In this document: positions 18,578 through 26,686 of the stretch, piece after piece | Position numbering within the stretch: position 1 is the first letter of the stretch | How the letters are laid out: each line of letters starts with the position of its first letter | From: an uncultured Christensenella sp. | GTDB lineage: Bacteria > Bacillota > Clostridia > Christensenellales > UBA1242 | Direction of reading: 5' to 3' | Assembly: GCA_949292875.1 (NCBI GenBank) | Contig: CASFBJ010000020.1 | Location: forward strand, 11,744-75,743 | DNA length: 64,000 nucleotides | Notes under the pieces: generated by a model | Told to the model about the DNA's origin: nothing | The model's input: only the letters and a program-made list of their open reading frames with translations | Database searches by the model: none | Position numbers and translations under genes: made by a program

Positions 18578-19267
18578 ATGGAAATAATACTTGCAAAAAG
18601 AAAAGATTTGAAAAATAGATTTATTGAATTAAAAAAAGAAAGCAAAAAAGATAAAGAGTCTAAAATAAACTTTAATAAATCAAGAGAAAGTAGTGTAGCA
18701 ATAATAAAAAATAGTAAAAAACTTTATAAAAAATCATCTATAAAAACGGTTTTGAAGTTAGCAACTTTGTCTACTAGTATTGCAATGATTTTTGTGTTTT
18801 TACATAATATGGATATACCAAGCATTATTGATCAGATACAATCAAACGCAGAAGCTAAAGTTTTATCTACAGAAAATTTGTCAATAGTGAAAGATAAAGC
18901 TGTACAAACTTTAAAAAATTTAACAAATAATGAACTTTTCAAAGACTTATTTATATCTACATTAAGTCTTGGAATTGCATCAAAAATAATATCTATATAC
19001 AAAAAATCACAGAAAAAGCAAGATATTAAAAAGGTTCAATGTGCTATTTTAGAGAATGAATTAGAAAAAGATGAAATAAATAAGTTGGAAAAACTTGCTA
19101 AGAAAAAAGGAGCAAGTATAGGTCTTGCACCTGAGGTGTATGTTGCGAAAAATATGTGCAGAAATGGTAGACTAAGTAATGCTAAGGAATCTTTTCAAGA
19201 AGATATATATGATGAAGATGATTCAAATATTGTAAAAGAAAATGTAGAGCAAGAGATGAGTATGTAG
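18578..19267 (+). CDS. hypothetical two-TM, Lys-rich membrane protein (first of an architectural pair)
   Basis: ATG at 18578 with RBS GGAGAG. A candidate promoter is TTGACA, 17 nt, then TAACAT at about 18520-18548. The layout is K-rich N-terminus, TM, ~50-aa loop, TM, K-rich coiled tail. Confidence 0.55.
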   Translation: MEIILAKRKDLKNRFIELKKESKKDKESKINFNKSRESSVAIIKNSKKLYKKSSIKTVLKLATLSTSIAMIFVFLHNMDIPSIIDQIQSNAEAKVLSTENLSIVKDKAVQTLKNLTNNELFKDLFISTLSLGIASKIISIYKKSQKKQDIKKVQCAILENELEKDEINKLEKLAKKKGASIGLAPEVYVAKNMCRNGRLSNAKESFQEDIYDEDDSNIVKENVEQEMSM

Positions 19268-19275
19268 GGGGTAAT

Positions 19276-19854
19276 ATGTTTTTAAAAAAAGAGAAAAAAA
19301 GAAATGAAAATCAAAATGAGTATATTGTTGTTGAAGAATACACAAACTTTGAAGACTATAAAACATCACATATAAGCAAAGATTATAAAGCTTTAAAAAA
19401 TAATGCCAAAAGTGGTGAAAAAGAAAATGAGCAGTTTGTAAAAGCTGAAAGAGTAGCAAAATTGTATGTAAAACACGATAAAAAATTGAGAAAATGTAAA
19501 ATCAAGACATTGGGTAAAATTATAGCTTCTGTGGGTGTAATAGTTACAATCGCTGGTGTGGTTATAAGTTCTAAAAACGAAATAATGAATTATTTATTTG
19601 ATCCTAATTACTCATTAGGAGATATAAAAGCTTATGCAAATTTTTTTGGTGAAAAATTGAAGCAAGCACCTTACGCTAAAGAAGGATTAAGTGCATTCGT
19701 TGCTGGACTTGGTGTAATGGCTTTGGGAACTGGATTAAGGGAGAGGAAAAAGAACATAGAAAAGAAAAGGGCAGTTCTTGAGCTGATAGAGACTAAAGCT
19801 ATAGATGAAGAAAAACCATATAAGTATTTGGTAGAACATGAAAAGTTGAAATAA
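19276..19854 (+). CDS. hypothetical two-TM, Lys-rich membrane protein (second of the pair)
   Basis: 192 aa, starting 8 nt after the previous stop. It has the same K-rich/TM/loop/TM/K-rich layout. Confidence 0.55.
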   Translation: MFLKKEKKRNENQNEYIVVEEYTNFEDYKTSHISKDYKALKNNAKSGEKENEQFVKAERVAKLYVKHDKKLRKCKIKTLGKIIASVGVIVTIAGVVISSKNEIMNYLFDPNYSLGDIKAYANFFGEKLKQAPYAKEGLSAFVAGLGVMALGTGLRERKKNIEKKRAVLELIETKAIDEEKPYKYLVEHEKLK

Positions 19855-19860
19855 GTACAT

Positions 19861-19920
19861 AAAAAGAACTTGAAAATGGAATGGAACTTTTAAAAGCATT
19901 TCATAACAAGTTCTTTTTTT
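19861..19920. terminator. long hairpin terminator
   Basis: AAAAAGAACTTG (19861-19872) pairs with CAAGTTCTTTTT (19907-19918) and is followed by a T-run. Confidence 0.5.
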
Positions 19921-19974
19921 TCGTTTGTCATACATTTAGTAATAATATAATTTTAATGTGTATACTTATAAGGG

Positions 19975-20880
19975 TTACAATTCATAAAAATCTTTTCCTT
20001 TGCTCGCTTTTTGTGAAGACTTTCTTTTAGGATTTGGTTTAAGTTCTATTATATTGTGTTTTGTTATTGTACTTTGTTCTGCACTTTGTTTTGAATTAGA
20101 GTAAGATAACTTTTTATTACGAGCTAAACTCGCCGTTCTTACAGGTTTAAATAGTGCAATAATTAGTAGTAAGACAGGAATGGATATGCAAAGAATTATT
20201 GCTAATTGAGATGATGATGGAGGTGTAAAACCTAAACCGCCATCTTCTTTTTTTGTTGTAGACCAGTCATGCGCATCTATTGGGTTTGCGTCTAAACTAA
20301 GTCTATATATTTCTTTCATTTGGTCTGTTAGTCCTGCGTACACATATCCTTTAAGTGTACTATTGTTTTTTGTATAACTACAAAAATACCATATATCTCC
20401 TCTTTTTGAAACTACTTCTTCGCCTTGAATTTCTCCATAATATATGAAGTTGGTTTCATATAAGTCTAGTTCACAAAGCAGGGAATTTATTCCGTTTGAG
20501 CGTGAAGGCTCACTTCTTAGTTCTGCACTTTGACTTGCTAATATTCTAAAATTTATATTAGTTAAAAAAGGGACTGGTGGTGCATTTTGAACGCATTGTA
20601 TGTCGGCGGACTTTACATAACCTATTTGCTCTAAATATTTTGCCTTATAAAAGCCTTGTTCGTTTTCTTGTTGTAATAATTCTACATAGTATGTTGCAGG
20701 TATTTCAAAAATGGGTTTTCCATTTGGAGAATAGTACAGAAATACTCCTTCTTTTTGTATTTGAGCAAACTTATCCATTGAAGATTCTTCTGCATACAAG
20801 TTTGAAATGCTACTTTTGTAAGGAAAAATAAATATTAAACTAAAAGCAATAAAATACATTAGAATAAAATATTTTTTCAT
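19975..20880 (-). CDS. secreted/anchored protein with SH3b-like domains and a C-terminal TM plus basic tail
   Basis: 301 aa: a signal peptide, two ~70-aa beta-rich segments that look SH3b-like, a TM (LAIILCISIPVLLLIIALF) and a K/S-rich tail. Confidence 0.5.
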   Translation of the reverse strand: MKKYFILMYFIAFSLIFIFPYKSSISNLYAEESSMDKFAQIQKEGVFLYYSPNGKPIFEIPATYYVELLQQENEQGFYKAKYLEQIGYVKSADIQCVQNAPPVPFLTNINFRILASQSAELRSEPSRSNGINSLLCELDLYETNFIYYGEIQGEEVVSKRGDIWYFCSYTKNNSTLKGYVYAGLTDQMKEIYRLSLDANPIDAHDWSTTKKEDGGLGFTPPSSSQLAIILCISIPVLLLIIALFKPVRTASLARNKKLSYSNSKQSAEQSTITKHNIIELKPNPKRKSSQKASKGKDFYEL

Positions 20881-20975
20881 GCTTTTAATTTAGCACAGTT
20901 AAGATTTTTGTGGTTGTAAAAAATGTTTCAATATTATAAAGAATAAAGTAATTATACATAAAAATAGGAGCTATT

Positions 20976-22427
20976 ATGCAAAAAAATGTAAAACTAGAAA
21001 GCGTAATATTAAAGCAAAAAATTAATTTGGCAAAAAAAATAAAATTGCATTTAGATAATTGTAAACCAAATGAAAAGTTGCAAAGATACAATAATGGTAA
21101 AGTGAAGCATGAAAAACAATTAGCTTTCCATAAGTGTATGAAAAGGAATAGGTGGGTTTTTGGTGGTAATAGAAGCGGAAAGACTGAATGTGGAGCGGTG
21201 GAAGCAGTGTGGCTAGCAAGAGGAATACATCCTTATAAAAAAAATAAAAAAGATATTCAGGGTTGGATTGTGTCGTTGACAACACAAGTACAAAGAGATG
21301 TAGCGCAATCAAAGTTTTTAAGTTATTTGAATAAGGCTTGGATAGATGATGTAGTTATGCAAACGGGTAAAAAAGTTTGTCCTGAAAATGGTGTTATAGA
21401 TTATATTGCTATAAAAAATGTTTTTGGTGGTATAAGTAAGATAGGATTCAAAAGTTGTGACCAGGGTAGAGAGAAGTTTCAGGGTGCTAGTCTTGATTTT
21501 GTTTGGTTTGATGAAGAACCGCCAAAAGATATATATGATGAATGTAAAATGAGAGTGCTAGATAAGAAAGGTGAGATTTTTGGGACAATGACTCCACTGA
21601 AAGGTTTAACATGGGTATATGATACTATATATTTGAATAATAATGCAGATAGCGAAGTTTGGTATGAATTTATGGAGTGGAGTGATAATCCTTACTTAGA
21701 TAAGGAAGAAGTAGAGCATTTAACTAAATCTATGAGTGAAGAAGAGCTTGAGAGCAGGAGATATGGACATTTTGTAGGTGGCGGTGGATTAGTTTATTCA
21801 AATTTTGACGAAGCAATACATGTTATAGAACCTTTTGATATACCATATGATTGGTATGACAATATAAGCATTGACCCTGGATTAAAAAATCCGTTAAGTT
21901 GTCATTTTTATGCTTGTGATTATGATGGAAATATATATGTTATAGCAGAACATTATGCGAAAGAAATGGAAATAAAAGACCATGCAAAAGCAATACTAGA
22001 AATAGCAGATAATTTGCATTGGCATAGGACATATAATGGCAAACTGTCGGCACTTATAGATAGCGCCGCTAATCAAAGAACGCTTGCAAGCGTAAAAAGT
22101 GTAAGCGAACTTTTTTATGATTTTGGCATTTCTGTAAATCCTAATGTAAATAAAGACCTTTTTTCAGGAATAAATAGAGTTAGATACTATTTAAAAGATG
22201 CTAATGGTAAAGCAAAGCTTTTTATATTTAAAAACTGTGTAAACCTAATAAGAGAAATAAAAGCTTACACTTGGGGAGATGGAGATGTACCTGTGAAAAA
22301 AGATGACCATGCTTTAGATGAACTCAGATATTACATTATGAGTAGACCAGAGAATATAGCAAAACCTCAAGAAAAAACAATAGTACAAAAAGATAAAGAA
22401 AAATTATGGAGAAAAAAGTATAAATAA
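20976..22427 (+). CDS. phage terminase large subunit (solitary)
   Basis: 483 aa, RBS AGGAG (20966-20970). Walker A is GGNRSGKT, Walker B is LDFVWFDEE, the coupling motif is GTMTPL, and the C-terminal nuclease motif is KKDDHALDELRYY. There are no adjacent phage genes. Confidence 0.85.
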   Translation: MQKNVKLESVILKQKINLAKKIKLHLDNCKPNEKLQRYNNGKVKHEKQLAFHKCMKRNRWVFGGNRSGKTECGAVEAVWLARGIHPYKKNKKDIQGWIVSLTTQVQRDVAQSKFLSYLNKAWIDDVVMQTGKKVCPENGVIDYIAIKNVFGGISKIGFKSCDQGREKFQGASLDFVWFDEEPPKDIYDECKMRVLDKKGEIFGTMTPLKGLTWVYDTIYLNNNADSEVWYEFMEWSDNPYLDKEEVEHLTKSMSEEELESRRYGHFVGGGGLVYSNFDEAIHVIEPFDIPYDWYDNISIDPGLKNPLSCHFYACDYDGNIYVIAEHYAKEMEIKDHAKAILEIADNLHWHRTYNGKLSALIDSAANQRTLASVKSVSELFYDFGISVNPNVNKDLFSGINRVRYYLKDANGKAKLFIFKNCVNLIREIKAYTWGDGDVPVKKDDHALDELRYYIMSRPENIAKPQEKTIVQKDKEKLWRKKYK

Positions 22428-22430
22428 AAA

Positions 22431-22450
22431 AAGACATAGTAGTATGTCTT
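22431..22450. terminator. bidirectional hairpin terminator after TerL
   Basis: AAGACATA (22431-22438), loop GTAG, then TATGTCTT (22443-22450). An A-run lies upstream and T-rich sequence downstream. Confidence 0.6.
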
Positions 22451-22454
22451 TAAT

Positions 22455-22793
22455 TTAAAAATATATAAGTGCGTTATAACTATTTCCAAAAAAAGTATCT
22501 ATTATTGATTGGAAAACAGGTTCAAAGAAAACTATGATTATGAATATTGCTATGAGAATGTAGTAAGGAATGCGAATAAAGAACGGCAATTTTAAAGCGC
22601 ATTTTACTGATACTAATATAATTAATACAATTCCAGCGTATTTTGATATGAGCAACATAATATTTATAAATTGTTCATTAGTTGTTATAACAAAAATGTT
22701 GTTAATAGCGAGTATAATCATACTTAACATTGCAGTTAAAGCAAAAACATTTGCAATTATATTAACTATTTTACTTAGTAAACTTTTTATCAT
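22455..22793 (-). CDS. hypothetical small membrane protein
   Basis: 112 aa with 3 hydrophobic helices. Confidence 0.45.
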   Translation of the reverse strand: MIKSLLSKIVNIIANVFALTAMLSMIILAINNIFVITTNEQFINIMLLISKYAGIVLIILVSVKCALKLPFFIRIPYYILIAIFIIIVFFEPVFQSIIDTFFGNSYNALIYF

Positions 22794-22805
22794 GTATTTT
22801 CTCCT

Positions 22806-23969
22806 TTATGTTTCGTTAAGATTTAAAACTACATCTTTTTTATAACTTTGAAACTTTGTCAAAATCACATTTTGTAAAGTTTGAATATCTACTTCACAAT
22901 CAAGTGGAAGTATTATGTCACAATCAATTACAATAAACATAGGTTTTTCTACGACACTAATATGATCTATCTCTATATCTTCGTCAATTTCTTTTAATAT
23001 ATTGTTTATCTTATTTTTAAATAGCACCGTTGCTTTATTGTTTCTATCTATAGCGTCTACATGTAGGGTTATATCAATATTATATTCTTTCTCTATGTCT
23101 TCTTCTAATTGATTAACTAGTTCGTTACATTTTATTAAAGGTATATTGCCATCGACTCCAATATGTGCATTTACATATGTAGTTCCTGCACCATATTTGT
23201 GAAATTGAACATTGTGTACATCTAATACAAAGTCTTTTTTATATAGATATTGTTTTATTCTTTCTATTTCACTATCTGTTCCTCCAGTGCCGATTAGAGA
23301 AGATGAGTAATCTCTAATCATTTGTATTCCAGAATAAATAATAAGTAAACAAACTAGACAACCAAAAATACCATCAAGTATTGCTATGCTTTCGCCCCAA
23401 ATAAGTAGGCATATAGCAAAACAAAAGATTATAAATGCGGATATGGTATCATTTCTAGTGTCTTTGCAGGCGGTAGTAAGTACAGGACTTTGTGTGTCTT
23501 TGGCAAATGATTTAAAAAGTCCAAAAAGAAATAGTTTAAATATAATGGAAGAGGATAATATAATTATGCTTACAATGCCTATATGCATTACACTAGGATT
23601 TATGATTTTATCTATACTTGATATTAGCATAATTACGCCTAATATTACTATTATAACAGCCATTATTAGACTTGTAATATATTCAAATCTAGCATATCCG
23701 TAAGGGTGTCTTTCATCTGCAGGTTTACTAGAAATCTTAAATCCCATTATAATAAGTATACTACTTAAAAAATCTGTTAGGTTATTTATTGCGTCAGAAA
23801 TAATAGTTATACTTAGTGTCAATATTCCAATAACTATTTTTAAAGCAAATAAGATAAGGTTTGTAATTAATCCTATAATTCCTGCAACTATTCCATAACT
23901 TGTTCTAGTTTCTTGACTTTGCTTATCAGTATAATTTTTAACAAAAGTTTTCTTAATAAAATTGTACAT
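22806..23969 (-). CDS. cation diffusion facilitator (CDF) family transporter
   Basis: 387 aa with 6 TM helices, the motif HPYGYARFE, and a C-terminal cytoplasmic domain. Confidence 0.85.
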   Translation of the reverse strand: MYNFIKKTFVKNYTDKQSQETRTSYGIVAGIIGLITNLILFALKIVIGILTLSITIISDAINNLTDFLSSILIIMGFKISSKPADERHPYGYARFEYITSLIMAVIIVILGVIMLISSIDKIINPSVMHIGIVSIIILSSSIIFKLFLFGLFKSFAKDTQSPVLTTACKDTRNDTISAFIIFCFAICLLIWGESIAILDGIFGCLVCLLIIYSGIQMIRDYSSSLIGTGGTDSEIERIKQYLYKKDFVLDVHNVQFHKYGAGTTYVNAHIGVDGNIPLIKCNELVNQLEEDIEKEYNIDITLHVDAIDRNNKATVLFKNKINNILKEIDEDIEIDHISVVEKPMFIVIDCDIILPLDCEVDIQTLQNVILTKFQSYKKDVVLNLNET

Positions 23970-24064
23970 TGCATATCCTCTTAATAGTATACATAACTAT
24001 ATCAAATATAAAAAAGAAAATCAATATATATAACTAATTTTATACTTTTTTCATATATAGTTAT

Positions 24065-25432
24065 ATGGAAAATAGTAAGAAAATAAATTTTAGTAAATTA
24101 AATTCTATTCATTTCGTTGGAATAGGTGGAATAAGTATGAGTGCTTTAGCTTCATACTGTTTGGATAAAAATAAGATAGTAACAGGTTCAGACTTACATA
24201 ATTCTAAGAAAATTAAAGAACTAATTTCAAAAGGTGCGAAGATTTGCATAGGTCATAGTAGAGGTAATGTTCCTTACTGTGATTTGCTAGTTTATACAGG
24301 TGCTATAAAGTTGTCTAATCCTGAAATTGCTCAAGCAAGATTAAAGGGTATAAAATGCATGGAAAGAAGCGAGTTTTTGGGAGTTGTTAGCAAGGGTTAC
24401 AATAAAACTGTTGCAGTTGCTGGGACTCACGGAAAAACTACAACCACTGCATTGCTTGCAAAAATACTTATAGATGCTAAAGTTAAACCTACCGTTTTTG
24501 TTGGTGGTAATGTCAAGTTTTTAGATGATAATTATTTTTTGGGTGACAAGTTAATGCTTACTGAAGCTTGTGAATATAGGGCGAGTTTTCTATATACAAA
24601 AAATTATGTTGGCATTATTTTAAATATAGAAAAGGAACATTTAGATTTTTATCATTCACTAGAAAATGAAATTTTGGCTTTTAAAAAATTTGCAGGTAAT
24701 AGTGAAAACTTAGTTTGTGATTATGCTTTATTAGAGGTATTTCAAGATAGAAAAAATGTATACACGGTAAGCATTATTGATGAAAGGGCATACATTTTTG
24801 CAAAAAATATAATATCACTTAAGACAGGAGGGTACATATTTGATTGTTATAAAAATGGAGAAAAATTTTTAAGGATAACCACAACTTTAATTGGCTATCA
24901 CAATATTTACAATATCTTAGTAGCAATTTGCACAGCAGATATATTAGGTGTAGATAAAAAAATAATGTCAAAATCTATTTTTGAGTTTTCGGGCGTTGAA
25001 AGAAGAATGGAAAATATAGGCAAACTTCAAAATGCAAGTGTATATCTAGACTATGCTCATCATCCTACAGAGATTAGTGCCGTGCTTAAATCTTGTGTGG
25101 AGTTTCATTGCGGGAAATCACTAATAATTTTTCAACCTCATACTTATTCAAGGACTGCAACTTTATTTAAAGAGTTTGTCTCACTATTTATAAATGAGAA
25201 AAGAGATGTTGTTTTACTACCAACATATCCAGCGAGAGAAAAAAAGAGTGATGGCATAAGTTCGTTAGAGTTATACAAAGAGATAAGAAAGCAAAAAGAA
25301 AATGTATATTATAAAACTAAAAAACAACTTTATAGTTTTTTAAAAAATGAATGTAATGAGTACAAATACATATTTTTTATAGGGGCAGGAGATATAGATA
25401 AAGTGGCGTTAAAAAGTGTTAAACAAGTATAA
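24065..25432 (+). CDS. murC: UDP-N-acetylmuramate--L-alanine ligase
   Basis: 455 aa with HFVGIGGISMSALA and the Mur ligase P-loop GTHGKTTTT. Confidence 0.92.
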   Translation: MENSKKINFSKLNSIHFVGIGGISMSALASYCLDKNKIVTGSDLHNSKKIKELISKGAKICIGHSRGNVPYCDLLVYTGAIKLSNPEIAQARLKGIKCMERSEFLGVVSKGYNKTVAVAGTHGKTTTTALLAKILIDAKVKPTVFVGGNVKFLDDNYFLGDKLMLTEACEYRASFLYTKNYVGIILNIEKEHLDFYHSLENEILAFKKFAGNSENLVCDYALLEVFQDRKNVYTVSIIDERAYIFAKNIISLKTGGYIFDCYKNGEKFLRITTTLIGYHNIYNILVAICTADILGVDKKIMSKSIFEFSGVERRMENIGKLQNASVYLDYAHHPTEISAVLKSCVEFHCGKSLIIFQPHTYSRTATLFKEFVSLFINEKRDVVLLPTYPAREKKSDGISSLELYKEIRKQKENVYYKTKKQLYSFLKNECNEYKYIFFIGAGDIDKVALKSVKQV

Positions 25433-25515
25433 AATCATTGTTTTACCTATTATTCAAGTGTTTAATTTTAAAAAATTCATAAAAATTAAAATAAGACACA
25501 ACTAAAATATCAGTA

Positions 25516-25544
25516 TTGCATACTTTAAAATTTTGTGTTATAAT
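25516..25544 (+). promoter_or_regulatory. SigA-type extended -10 promoter
   Basis: TTGCAT (25516-25521), a 17-nt spacer, then TGtTATAAT (-10 at 25539-25544). Confidence 0.6.
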
Positions 25545-25577
25545 ATATAATCAAGTGGATTTTTGCGGAGAGAACAT

Positions 25578-26489
25578 ATGAACAAAAAGAATATGAAAGA
25601 TTGCTTAGATAAAGTGAAAAGATTTTATAATCTAGATTGTATTAAAGATGGAATAGAAGATTTTTTAGAAAACTATGATAAACCTTTTTTGCAGAAAGCA
25701 TTAACAAATATTGCATATAATTTTGAAGATAAAATTTTTACTTATGAAAATGAAAGATATGTCTATGATATAGAATTTGAACCAGAGAAATTTTATATTC
25801 ATTTCACAAAAAAAGATAAAAAATATTGTGAACATAAAAATGAATTAATATGTAATTTTTCTTTCTTTGTAGTACAGTACGAGTATGTGCTTAATATTTT
25901 TGAAAAAAACAATAGACTAAATTTTGCATCATTTATTGCGTCTCCTTACATATATATAAACCAGTGTTCGCATGAAAATAATGTTAAAAATCTTGTTAGT
26001 CAAAGTGGTGAAACAGATATTATGCAATGTAACTTTGATTTTAAAATGAAAAGAATGGAAGCTTTTTATTCTTCTAGCAATTTGGTTAATATTTCTAAGC
26101 ATGATGTGTATATCGGTAAAGCTGGTAAATGTATAGAACCTATTTTACATGGAAACTCTGTTATATATTCAAATAGTGAATTTTACGAATTAAATACAGA
26201 AACAAATCAACCAGAAAGTAGAGATAGGATAGTATCTTTATTTGCAGATTTTCCTTTTGCACGCATTGAATTGTTAAAGGAAAAAACTTCTACTAAATTA
26301 ATTAAAGATTTTTATCAAGAGGTTGTTTTATACAATTTAGATGGCGATTCAAAGTTTATCAAATATTATGGAGATATTACTAAAAAGAAAAATGAAATGC
26401 GCTTTATTCAAAATAAATGTAAAAATTTAAAATATAGTATTAATTTTGATAAAATCAAAGATAGTGAAATATATAAAGCCCAAATGTAA
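25578..26489 (+). CDS. hypothetical protein
   Basis: I prefer the ATG at 25578 (RBS GGAGAG). About 303 aa, soluble, no motif recognised. Confidence 0.55.
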   Translation: MNKKNMKDCLDKVKRFYNLDCIKDGIEDFLENYDKPFLQKALTNIAYNFEDKIFTYENERYVYDIEFEPEKFYIHFTKKDKKYCEHKNELICNFSFFVVQYEYVLNIFEKNNRLNFASFIASPYIYINQCSHENNVKNLVSQSGETDIMQCNFDFKMKRMEAFYSSSNLVNISKHDVYIGKAGKCIEPILHGNSVIYSNSEFYELNTETNQPESRDRIVSLFADFPFARIELLKEKTSTKLIKDFYQEVVLYNLDGDSKFIKYYGDITKKKNEMRFIQNKCKNLKYSINFDKIKDSEIYKAQM

Positions 26490-26686
26490 AATTTTGGACT
26501 TTTTTTATTATTGTGACTTTTTGCAAATAACAATGATTTGTTTGACAATGATAATAAAAAATATTAAAATTACACATATTAATGTTATATTATATATAAT
26601 TTAACCGTATTAGTTAAAAATTTGACAGTTAAGTATCGGGTCCTAAATTTTATATAGTAGTAAAATGTCTGTAAAAAGGAGGGTAT

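Noticed and set aside
12891-22430. An intact prophage integrated at ssrA/tRNA-Ser with TerL as its last gene.
   Set aside because: The region has no integrase, repressor, portal, capsid or tail genes. I found no repeat of the tmRNA or tRNA-Ser 3' end by eye. At most it is an old remnant, and I keep that as the alternative hypothesis in the findings.
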